A stretch of 64,000 nucleotides of DNA. Source: Azolla caroliniana (lineage: Eukaryota > Plantae > Polypodiophyta). The notes beneath the pieces were generated by a model. It did no database searches. It worked only from the letters and a program-made list of their open reading frames with translations, and was not told the origin of the DNA. Each line of letters begins with the position of its first letter. Within the stretch, counting starts at the first letter, position 1. Where the stretch lies: contig JBHGNT010000021.1 of NCBI GenBank assembly GCA_043228905.1, positions 2,542,001-2,606,000 on the forward strand. The letters are read 5' to 3'. Shown in pieces: positions 52,166 through 64,000 of the stretch. The position numbers and the translations under genes are program-made.

Positions 52166-53879
52166 ATTTTAGAGCTATATACACTAAATTTAGTATGCAT
52201 GGAAATTTTTTCCAATGCCCTTATAAGTTGCATTCAACCCCTACATTTCATAATGTTATCTAATGAATTATGAAAATGTATATCATGTATAAAGAGGTGT
52301 GAAAGTCCAACCTCGAACCCAAGGCTAAGATCAGTTATATAACAAGTTAACTCTAGGGTAAGTAATTACAAAAAATCTAAACAGAGTGAGAAGTCAATTA
52401 ACATTTTTTTAAGAGACCAATATATAGTACAAATTACTAGGTTATAGGAGTTGTGGATACTTTTGTTGTAAATGAGGTGGGGACTATGTCCACTTTGGTG
52501 AGAAGGCTAGAGTGAGGGTTGCTGAATTTTTGGTGGTCTATGATGTAATTGTTTGCTAACTAATGCGAAGTAGTGTTTTTTTGGAGAAAAAAAAAACGTT
52601 TTGTATTTGAGAGCAAACAAAAATATATGTAAAAAAGTCAATAAATTAAAATGTGACTAAAGAATCTCATTATCAATATGTGCATGTAATGTTCTTTGTA
52701 CCAAGGCATGGTTATAATGTCTCTTTGTGCTTTATTCCTTGTCTTACCATAAACTCTGAGAGAGATAGAGTACAAACTCCACTATATTGATGATGGAATT
52801 GTTAATATAAACATCTTGAACCAATGAGTCGTGATGATGACATGAGGATAACGTAGGCCATTAAATATATATGCTCATTGATTATTGCATTGAATCTTCC
52901 TATACATTACTTCGGTTGATTGATAAATAATAATGACTAGCTATAAGATAACTATTGATTAACTTCGTTACTCACCTTTTAACTATACTAAACATTCTCA
53001 TGTGTAGACATGTTCGACCCCATGACAATCAAAATGTCTAACGGATAATAAGCATATATTGCATTCACATACTTATTCGTACTACAAAAGGGTAACTTTT
53101 CCAAACCTTTGCATTGGCATTATTCTCATACATCTACGTCATAATGTAAGTGGATGATTATTTCCAATCAATATTAAATAGTCACATTATAATGAATCAT
53201 AACCAACGATGTTGTATCAAATCTCATATCCAAACAAATAAATGATAGAGTAACAACTAATATAAGTGTGGATTGTGCTATGCAATACACATTTGTTTCC
53301 CTAGAGGCTAGGACTGTGTCTCCATGCATTACACACAATGCCTATATGCACGTATAAATTATTTGCATACTAAAATGTGTGCATGTATAAGTGATGTTTT
53401 TAGTACCCAAGTATTGTTTCATCTAGGTATTTGATAAGCATGACACTTGTTAGGCCGTACTATACACCCTTTACTTTAGCTTGAAAAGCTATTACTCATA
53501 CAAATATAATGGCATTGATAAATTTATCAGACTTTATGATTGATGTTGTATTGCATTTGGAAGCTTTTGTATGCATAAGAGAACAATAAAGGGAATCATT
53601 GATACACATTGTTTTGTCCCTCCAAAGTAGATTATTCTATCCGCATGCATTATACCATTATAAGAAATTTAAAATTGGAAAGGAATAAAGCACTCACATA
53701 TTGAACATGACAAGTAGGGTTGATGAAACAACTACTTGTTTTAATTTATTATTATCATTGAAAAAACACACAAAAAATTTGTTTGCAGATGCACAAACGA
53801 TGAAGGAACAAAATATGACTATGAGCATAACGTTATCCAACTTGTAGTCTAAAGTCGTTGATTATTTATTCTACTTCAT

Positions 53880-54590
53880 TCCATGGATGACAAGAAAATA
53901 ATATGTTTGGATAACAAGTCACTACCGGTTGGTGCATGGCAGCGTGGGAACCTCAGCTCTCCTAATTGTGTAGCGTGTCCAATTGTAGTAGAATCAATAC
54001 GACACGCTCTATGGGATTGCCCAGAGTCCCATCGAATATGGTGGGGGGTTGGCCGCTTATTGCAATTATGCCAAGTGCAAGGCTCAATCAAGTGGGGGAA
54101 TGTATGTTGGCTATCATGGTAGGCCCCAGTTGACATATATGAGCATCAAGAAGAGGGGATGACTTTGGTTATAAAAGCACAAGAGGTTTTTTTCTCCACC
54201 ATCGACAATGTCCACTCAACTCCTGTCAATGCCAAATCTCAAGTTGTGTTGGAATTGGTCAGCCCAATAACTCTTTGGATTCTATGGAAACAACGGTGTA
54301 GATGGGTCTTTTCCAACCAAACAGTGCAACCAATAGTGTTAATGCAAGAGATATGGAGTGAAGTGGTAGCCACTCTAAAGAGCCAATATGATGGCCTCAA
54401 GGGTGACTCCGATGGAGTTGAAAGATAACGACTAGCCTTCATCTAACAATGGTTGTCCTCCCCCTTTATTGAGTTGGTGGGCATCCACATAAGATGGACC
54501 TAGCGTGTTCCTACAGAGATTCGTATATACTAATCTCATCTGTAAAATTTTATAACTAATGGAAGGAGTTTTTTTTTTTGAAAAAAAAGA
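53880..54590 (+). mobile_element. 5'-truncated LINE 3' end (zf-RVT) with T-run plus poly-A tail
   Basis: CVACPIVVESIRHALWDCPESHRIWW and LWILWKQRCRWVF; ends ACTAATGGAAGGAG(T)nG(A)n. Confidence 0.82.
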
Positions 54591-57500
54591 AGAAAAAAAT
54601 GTTTGAAGAGCCAAAATGAATATAGCTTTAAAGGAACTAAAATCATAAAAAAATTTTACTTTTTTATTCCAACATTTTGATGGTGTTCTTGGCAATCTCG
54701 TAAACTTTTGAAGACTAAATTATCATAACTATATTTTCAACATCTTCTACGTTAAGAGATATCCATATGTTATCCATTGATGCTCCCTCTTCCCTTCTTT
54801 TAAGTCGGCAAATTTGATTCACGAAACATTGCAATCCTACTATTACTTATTGAAAAGCATATATTTAGAATACGAACTAATTTAAAGCACGAGTAAAGAA
54901 GCATGGGGTATATTTTGTAGGAATCATCTTGTTTTTTATGCATTTGTTTTTATTTGAATTCCAAACCCCCTGTGGTTTTTGATGCCGTGAGTGAGCTTAG
55001 TATTGCAGCGAGTTTTCTTGTCTCCATTTCGAGTAAAATCTAAAAAGCCCAAGATGTAAGCATGTACAAAGTGTCTTTTATGAATGGATTTTGGAAATTC
55101 ACTTTCTTGACATAACGATAAATTTGGATTGTAGAATCCATTTTTGGAAATAAAATAAAGTGGGTTGTGGAATCTAATTCTTTCATCACTTTGAAATCAT
55201 TGTGTCAAACATGCATCCTACCGTCTCCAACCCTTTAGTTCCCAAACTTGATACAACTCCTAAACTTTATTCTCCCTGGCACCTACAATAATTCCTTATT
55301 CTCTCCTTGGCATGATTTCGTGATCTCTATTCAATATGTCTTCTCTCCACTCTTACTTAACAATGGTTTAAATTGCAACATCAAGTTTGAGAGAACCCAA
55401 GTTTGATCATTACCATGGGTTCAACCTTGTTATATGGATCACAAATAGATAATTGGAAACCAACGTGCAAAAAAGTGCTCCTAAAAGCATTGGCAAATAA
55501 CCAACTAATCACTGAAACAAGGGCATGCATAAACAATTCATAGAATGAAGTGTTATTGCTGAAGAGTTATATTAGGTTTAACATTGCAGTTTGGTGTGAA
55601 TAGCATCGATATACTTTGGTAAGGTCATATGCTTGTATGGTTGATGCCATTCCATGTATGTTTTTGTGGAAATATGAAGATGTAGTTTGATCTTATATGT
55701 TCTCCACATGCATAGAGTAGTGTCATGCCTCTCAATGTTATTTCAAGTGAATTGAGAAAAGTTTAATATTTTGGGAATATCTAAATAATGATGGGAGCCA
55801 CAATGAACTCTATGAAGAGTTTTTATTTTTTTAAATTTTTACCAAATAAGAATATACTCCATTAGTTAATTTAATGCCATTCACTACACAACTTTAGTCC
55901 CTTTATCGGGAAGTCATTACCTACTTCCATATGGGCGACATTACCTACACAATGAACCCTATGAAGATTTTATCAAAATTCCCTGGTATCATATTAATTA
56001 GACAATGACAATATTGAGCATATTCCAAGTATGGTTTTGCTTGTTGTTTTGGAATCATGAGCCCAAGTATGTCAATGTTTATTCAACAATTTCAGAAACT
56101 ATTCCAAAATTATCCATAATTTCCTAGAGAAGATATCATATTGAGCTTTGAGTTGCAACAACACATCTCTCTTCAATTATAGTTTCTCTCTCAACTTCAA
56201 CATCTATGAAGATATCTTGCTCCTAGAGCATTTGCTTTATGCGCTCAATATTTGGGTTGGTCATCACTATCATCAAGTCCTATTGTCTTTGCAACCCCAC
56301 TTCACTTGTCTATTCTTGATGATTGTCTCTAAACCTCCAAACCTTTCTAGTCCCCTAGCTCCATTGCAATTTGCTCCACATGACCTTCATATGTCCACTC
56401 TAGTGCCCTTATTAGTAAACTATTCATCCTCACTTATGCATTTTGCAAGGTCTCAATAGTCCTCATCATTCATTTCTTCACGATGACTATTTGTAAACTC
56501 CCATACCTTTCTAATTCCCACCATACATCCTCTCAATATATTGATATCTTTGGAATTATTCCTACTACCTTCCACATTTTGTGCGTCCTTTAAATGATAT
56601 TTGGAATTCATCATTCTTAAGAATTTTTCTAAAGTGTTGGCTTCAATATCTATGAGTCAATTATTTTTACTAGTTTTTGTAGAAACTCCAACGAGCCACA
56701 AAAAACAACTTAAAATTTCCACAAATTCATTAAAAAATGTTCATGAGAACCTCTCAAGAAAGAACAACCCTTTGATTGATTTGCTTATATGATTTGACTA
56801 CTTTTAAGATAAAGAATATGTTAGAAGTTATAGTGTATTGGCTTACTCACTATATTTTAATCTCATTTTTATATATTTCAAAAGCACAATTCATCCTCGT
56901 GAATATTTCTCTATTAAAAAGTGACAAAACATGCTCATGGAAGGTTGCCGTTATCACATTAAGGAAAGGTGCATTCAATATTCACATATTATGTCCAATG
57001 GATTGAGATTCTACGCGATGGCTTTTGGAAGTAACACATTCATACACTTGCTTGTTACAAATCCACATTATTACTTTAACACATGGATAATGCTTTTCTT
57101 CGGATCATGCATTTTACTCATGTAGCACATACACACGATTAGACTGACCCTCAAAATCAATATTCAATAAAGAGGTGACAATGTAAAGGGTGCCATTGGA
57201 CCTGTATTTTCACCTCTACATGCCAAAAAGAGAATCATGCTCCCATAATAATTACATTTTAGTATGTGGACAACCCATTCAAGTTCCATCCCTATATTTG
57301 TCATATATGTGGATAACAAATAATATATCTATATGCCATAAATTCCAATAATTTTGATAAAAATAAGACCATGAACGGTGAAACATTGGTTGTGTTAATT
57401 CAAAGGATTAATGAGCTAAATAAGTGCAATGCGGAGTTGATCAACGACTCGCTGTTGGAGTACTTTGAATACTAGTTAGGCACCAATGTTGATCCAAACA

Positions 57501-60500
57501 TTTATGACACAATTTATTGCTAACTCACAATTTTTGAATGGTCGAGAGGTTCCTTGCAAATCATGTGTAAGTTTCAAACCTTAAATGTGCCTTATCACTC
57601 ATACATATTTTTCTTGTGACTTGGATATTCCATTCATCATTGTTTATATCAAACACTAGTTACTTTCTTGACATTCTATGTCGAATCACTTCCCAACATA
57701 GGTGCTTTAAGTACTCTAATATCTTCTCTAAAATGAACACAAAGTAAAAACGTCTCTCAGATCACATACCAATACATTATTGAGCCCACAACTTTATGTT
57801 GCAAAGTACGCAATTTCAAGATTTATAGGCACAACACCATATTTTTCCCTTTAGGTCTACAATGTTTAAAAGTGAGGAAGCTACAATCGATCATTTCAAA
57901 TAGATGGTGATAGCATCTAATAAAAGATAGGTTAAACCTAATCACAATACTTCTGAATTAGCGATATCTAATAATGTTCTTCATTGTGAGATGAAAATAA
58001 ATTAGTGATCACATTTTTTAGTAACTCTTCTTAGCAACATGTGATTCCAAGAAATAGATCATACTCCAACAAATTGTATACATTGTGTCGAGATACACTT
58101 GCACAATCTCATGGAAGCTAGAACATGTGTGAAATATAAGGAAAACCTAGGGCATGGTTGGAGCTAAAAACTATCTATTGATGGTTTGGAGGAAAATGAA
58201 GTAATGTTGTAAATTATTTGATTTGTTATTCTCTTATAGATGTAGTTTTTTCTAACACCCCCCCCCCCCCCCATGGTGTTCTATTTAGAAAAAACGGGAA
58301 ATAAGAGGAATTAGTTTTTCTACTTTCCCTTATTGTCATGTCGATAATTTATTGTTGTCCTAGTTCCACTCTCGTATAGGCACGCTTATGTCATTGTTTC
58401 GTGTTGATGGACTTGTCTTCCTATGGTTACTTTCCCTTCATGTGTCATTCAACAATGTTCTTTGCACCCTAATATTGAGTAATATTGGTAATGAGCGCAA
58501 TAACTCTCTCATTCGTAAGAATATTATTCTTATTGCTTCAACTCATGTACCAACAAGGGTGGATGTAGTTGCGATAGCTCGATAAACTAACGCAAGGCGG
58601 TGAAGTGAGCGACTAATCTCATCCCTCAAGTGGATGATGCAATGCACGATAAACTAACACATGGAATTATTACTCTTGACACATAAAATTGACTTCAAGA
58701 CATTTATTTATGACCATGTGGACAAGTTTAGTTCCAACCATACCAATTTGTACGAGAATGTTAAATTGTTATCTATACTACCTCGACACTTATTTTTAAG
58801 CAACTAGAGTACATCTTGAATAAAAAGCCCATACGAGAATTTATGAGCTTGTCAATAAGCCAATTGCAAGTGCACACAATGATTGCAATACTTAGAGCAA
58901 ACATGGTATGCAAGTGCAATGTTGACATCTCCATAAAGGGTGTCAAATTATTGGCCATGCGGAAGAACATAAAGACCTCTATATTTGATAAAATGGTTGC
59001 ATGCATGTTCCTAGTTCCAACCATGGGAAGTGGGATAAGTGTGTTATACATTCATCTACTCTCCTTGGGCAATAGTCATTCCTTAACACGTATTAGGATT
59101 AGGAAAAAGTTAAAACTTGTAGGGAAGATCACGAGCTTGTCGAAAAGTTATTCCACAATGTATTCATGCTAAGAACCCTTGAAACTAGCCTCTCATACGA
59201 TGGACCACATTACAATTAAGGAAAAAATATAATTACTCTTCGGGTAGCGATTCTAAACAACCCAGTTTTAAGATGTTCAATTCACATGGTGTAATCATTG
59301 CTCATTGTAGACCCTAATAAGTCATCAATGTTGGAAACAAATAGTATTAGTTTCACGATAGGGGTTGCTTCACTTAAAGGTGAGAGACCTCTTGAGTTTG
59401 AAAGAAAACGTCGTCAAATGAATAAATCCCAACAAAATAGTCAAAAGATATGATGCCAGTATAATATGGTATAGCTCATGTCCTTTAGAAATGGCAATTT
59501 CATTGGTATAGTGGGACTCTTGAGATTGTGTTTGATCATAGAAGTGTTGGGTGGTTTGTGAATACGACAACCTTTAAGAGTCAAAAAGATTGTTAGGTGG
59601 GTGCTCATAGTTGTAATACTCAAAGTTTGTGCTTTGATGTTTACTCAAATTTGAGTTGTTTCTAAGAAGGATTGCATGGGAGATGTGATGATTATTTTGT
59701 GCATAAGACAATGTGCAAAGTCGTAGGTATGTTACTTGTTTCTACTTGTAGAGTAATAACCCATGTCACATTCTTACGTTACTCTTGCAAAGCTAAGATG
59801 GCGGAATAAATTACCTTTGAAAATGGGTGTATTTCATTTAGGAATTTCATTCAAGGTCTGATATCGTTCAAATATGTCATGAAAGTTTTAGTGCAAGACA
59901 CCTTGAAATAAATAACAAGTATGTTCATGTGCCATTAGTAATGCAAAGGTATGATACATACAAGCTTTATATCTTCATGTGAGATTGTTGATGTGTGTGC
60001 AAGTGATAAATACATAGTTATTAGATGTTCTATAGCAACACGAATGCAAATGATTTGATTGAAAAGGGGTTATATTGTTAAATTCATCTTCTCAACTTCC
60101 TCCCATTCTTGATATTTTCATTAAAGCACACATAAAATGGTTAGGGCTTATCCAATCCATCTTTATCCTTTTTCCCTCATTCCAGAGTGAAATGGATATG
60201 ATGTTATCATATAACAGGAGTCGAACACATGTTTCGTGTCATGCACAAAGGCTCGAAAAGCAATAAAGACATGCAAAAGGAAGCATCATCATGGTTGTGG
60301 CTTCCAAATAGAGATGCAAACTTTTGTTTCTTCCTCGTCCTCTTCCTCTATTGCAATATAGAATGGTCTTAGAGGCCCTCTCATCCTTGACAATTTATTT
60401 AGACACGTGGTACATATAAAAGCATAAGGGCTCACAAGGCAAGAATGGAAGGCAAAAGCAAAAAGCAAAAAGCAAAAGGAGATGATTGGTGTCATGTTCT

Positions 60501-60744
60501 CCTCTTCTATACCATGATGTGGAATGGCTTGTAGAGGCTCCATTCTCGATGGTTTAGACATGTGTTATGTAGGCAAGAATCGAAAGCAAAAAGCGAAAAA
60601 ACGAACGATCTTGTATTCTCTTTCCCGTCGGTCTTATACAGTTCTCACACTCTTGACACTCTCGAACATTTGTCATACACAAGGCACTAAGGCATAAATA
60701 AAGGCACCCTATCTAAAGCAGGTAGAAAGCAAGAAGCAAAGAGA

Positions 60745-60786
60745 AAAAAGCAAAAAGCAAAAAGCAAAAAGCAAAAAGCAAAACGC
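60745..60786 (+). repeat. (AAAAAGC)n-type short tandem repeat
   Basis: Repeated GCAAAA(A) units; similar units at 60452-60476. Confidence 0.85.
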
Positions 60787-61974
60787 AAGGGAGAAAAGCA
60801 GAAAGCCAAAAAAAGCAGAGGAAGAGAAAGCAAATGCATAGAGATGATGATGACTAAAAAAACCTTGTATGGATCCAACAAGAGTAGATCAGATCAGAGT
60901 TTAGATGACGAGGAAGCTAAAATTAATAAACGAAGACGATTCAATCAATAGAGAGGGAGAGAGCGAGGCCCTTCTCTCGTCGGTGGGACCAGAGTGGCTG
61001 TTTTTTCCCTGAGGAAAGGAATTCTTTAAGAAAAACTTTATGTTTCTTTTCTTGTTTTCTCGCCATTCTACGATTTCACTGCAAATCTCTGTTTCTTCTC
61101 AAGGTATGGGGTCTCTTTTACACGCACAGAGAAATTAGGGTTTTTATTTATTTATTTTGGCAAGCCGCGCAGCAGAAATTAGGGTTTTATATTCACTGAA
61201 CAGAGAGCGTAGGGGGCATTTTTGTGTATCTGTGCAGAACAGAACATCTATGGGATTTTTTTTATGAATATTGCAATAAGAATTTTTTTAATGCAGAGAG
61301 AAATCTGTGTTTTTTTATGCGCAGAACAGAGCTTTTGTGGGACATTTTATGCACATCATTACTTGGGGCTTTTATGCACCGAGAAATTTGTTTTTTTTTT
61401 TCTAATAAAAGAGAGCAAAATTTGGGTTTTATGCACATAGTAAATAGGGGTTTTTATGGACAGAGCAATTAGGGATTTGTTTATACTCCGACTTGGAAGT
61501 TGGGATTTATGCACATAGAAGTCAGAGGTTTTTATAAATGACACAATTTATATGATTTATACAGAAACAGAGAAGTTGAGTTTTTATGCACACAAATAAA
61601 TCAGGATTAGGATTTTAATGCACAGGAAGTAGGGTATTTTGTACTTTTTTTTGCATATGAAGAAATTAAAGTTTTTTTATTTACAGAACATGGAAGTTAG
61701 GATTTTTTTGTACAAAACAGAATTAGGAGGCTTTTGAAGCATAGATAAATAAGAATGAGGGTATTTCTTTTTGTGTAGAAAGAAAGACCATAATGGCCTA
61801 TGAGACCTAACAAAGATTGCAACTGCTTGTAACAAATTTTCTTTTCATTAAATTTATAGTTTTATTTTCTTTACCAGGTTGAAAAACTTTTTATGTCTTC
61901 ATCTCATACTATTTTATTTCTTTACTAGGTTTGAAGAAGAGTTTTTTCTTGTAAGGATCCCCAAATCTCATTTA

Positions 61975-62448
61975 ATGGTAGCAGGATGGAGAAACCCATC
62001 TTTACCTACTACGGGTACTACTGATAACAATATCACAGCTTCACAAGAGCATCAGATGAATTCACATTCAGTTACATCTTCGGCCGTCACCTGGCCATTA
62101 CAAGATCGGAGGTTTGAGAAAGACCCCCCTGAAATGGAAATGGTTTCACACTCAGCCGCCACTCTATCTCACCAAATATGGAAGAATTTCTCCCGAGATT
62201 TAATTGCTGGTGGCTTAATGGGTGGCGTTGCCCATACAATCGTTGCTCCAATAGAGAGAACCAAATTGCTCCTACAGACACAGGATAGCAATATTGCCAT
62301 CATGGGTGGCCACCATAAGCGATACAGTGGAATGCTAGATTGTATTGTCAGAGTTACAAGAGAAGAAGGGTTTTCCTCCCTCTGGAGAGGTAATGGTAGT
62401 AGTGTCTTGCGATATTACCCGTCACTTGCCCTCAACTTCTCTTGCAAG
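61975..62448 (+). CDS. PM-ANT1: ADP/ATP carrier-like protein (At5g56450/PM-ANT1-like), first coding exon; the gene continues beyond the window; 5'-UTR intron 61104-61928
   Basis: NFSRDLIAGGLMGGVAHTIVAPIERTKLLLQTQDSN…GMLDCIVRVTREEGFSSLWRGNGSSVLRYYPSLALNFS; donor AAG|GTAAAC at 62448. Confidence 0.88.
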
Positions 62449-64000
62449 GTAAACAAATTCTTTTTTTATTTCCCATTGCATACGAGCACTACACATTAAT
62501 TAAAGTCTGCATGATTAGGATTTGCATTCATGTTTTTTTAATTTTGAATTGTGTTTTCTTATTTTGTTTTCCATACTTTGTTATGAGTGGTAGGGAGAAC
62601 TACATTATTCGGAACTCTAGCCATCTACATGCATGAATCATTTAACATGTTAATTGAGGCTGGATAACGATTCCAAAAGTCCCATAGGTTTAAACATACC
62701 CACAGAATCTAGATACTAACCTTTGCTTGCCCTGAACTTCCCTTGGATGGTGGATTTCGTAACTTGTTTGCTTGTTGGTTTTTACATCCTTCATATGAGT
62801 AGTAGAGATAATGACAGTATTTGGGATTCTATCCTTCTACCCGTTTCAATTATTCAATCATGTTTATTAGGTTGAAATAATGCATTCCCATTACCTAAGT
62901 TCCATTGATTCAAACATAGCCATAGATACTATCTATGCTGTCATCTTTAAAAAAAGAAGAAGAAGGTCAGTTTTCATTGACTTTGAATATTGTTTTCTTA
63001 TATTTTTGTGTTGTTAATGAGAATATGCGTAATTACAATCTGCATCATCAGAGACTCTACCTTTTCACATGATTTAATTAATTAATGATGTTCATTACAT
63101 TGAAAAAGAGAGTGCAACTCTAAGATAAAACATCATTTTAGTAACAAAATCTTGCCTCACTAAACAACATATGCTAATATGTTAATGCTTGATAGTTTAT
63201 ACTTAGCTATATCTAACAAAAAATCGTTAATGTTTTTGATCATATGAATATATATTTATTTATCAAGACATTGTGGTATGAAAGTAGACATATTAGTAGA
63301 ATTTCTAGCCATCTTTCTGTTTTACTTAATTAATCATGATTAAAAATGAGGCTAAAAGAGGGCAATAGTATGTTCCATTGATTCAAACTAATTGGGGCAG
63401 ATACTCGTGTTTTATTATGGTTTATTATTTGAGTCTTAGCTTTGGGCTACAGACTGGGGGGGGGGATAATTTCTTATTGTTATCCTCTGCTGTCAAGATC
63501 TAAAGATGTTCTCGTATGTTTCATAATACTTTGTACATATGCATGTTTTGTGTGAGTGTGTGAGACCACAAAACATACGTGGCACAGTGCTAATAAGTTA
63601 AGGTCTGTGGACCCAAGAAAATGTCATAAAAAAATGACAATCCTCCCATTCATGTGTAAGAGCACAATGTGACCAATACCTACTATATATGTATATAAAT
63701 CCTGCCTCTGTATTTAGTGGCCAAATATGTGTGTTTTTCTCGCATCTTCAATCTATGAACATGCATACTTTTTTCTTGAAACACAACATAGATATTCATA
63801 TTATTTCTCTTTTGAATTAAACTACAAGAATATGCTACAACCTCATGGCATATTAGGCTCTTATTTATAACTAGAAATCTTTGTAGACATTATAAAAAAT
63901 TTTCAAACTATTTGTAATGAACTCGGATATCACTAAATTTTTTACAGACAATGCGGGAATAGTGCCATCTAATCCAATTTGCCATTTGGGCATTTTAGAT

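Overview
Land-plant nuclear DNA with spliceosomal GT-AG introns. The PPR-motif style is compatible with a fern, but the taxon cannot be fixed from sequence alone. Six host genes are present: the 3' end of mitochondrial ATP synthase subunit e, CURT1A, an intronless U-box/ARM (PUB) E3 ligase, a thioredoxin/GST-N two-domain protein (At4g10000-like), DEAD-box helicase RH18/DDX55, and the first coding exon of a PM-ANT1-like ADP/ATP carrier. Between about 14 and 36 kb lies a deep transposon nest. It contains a partial PUB pseudocopy split by a solo LTR and fused to a LINE 3' end, and an old Ty3/gypsy interrupted by two oppositely oriented Ty1/copia elements fused by a deletion. One copia carries a very young, nearly intact GC-rich Tto1/Tork-like copia. 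The most unusual observations: (1) a hAT-type MITE family with 8-bp TSDs, one copy carrying a PLS-class PPR fragment followed by a LINE-type tail; (2) a recurrent 'AC(C/T)AATG..Tn..An' LINE 3' signature, twice found downstream of host-gene fragments, suggesting LINE-mediated chimera formation; (3) a small repeated element with two inward-facing tRNA-like heads; (4) telomere repeats inside a copia RT. No prokaryotic system or CRISPR array is present.
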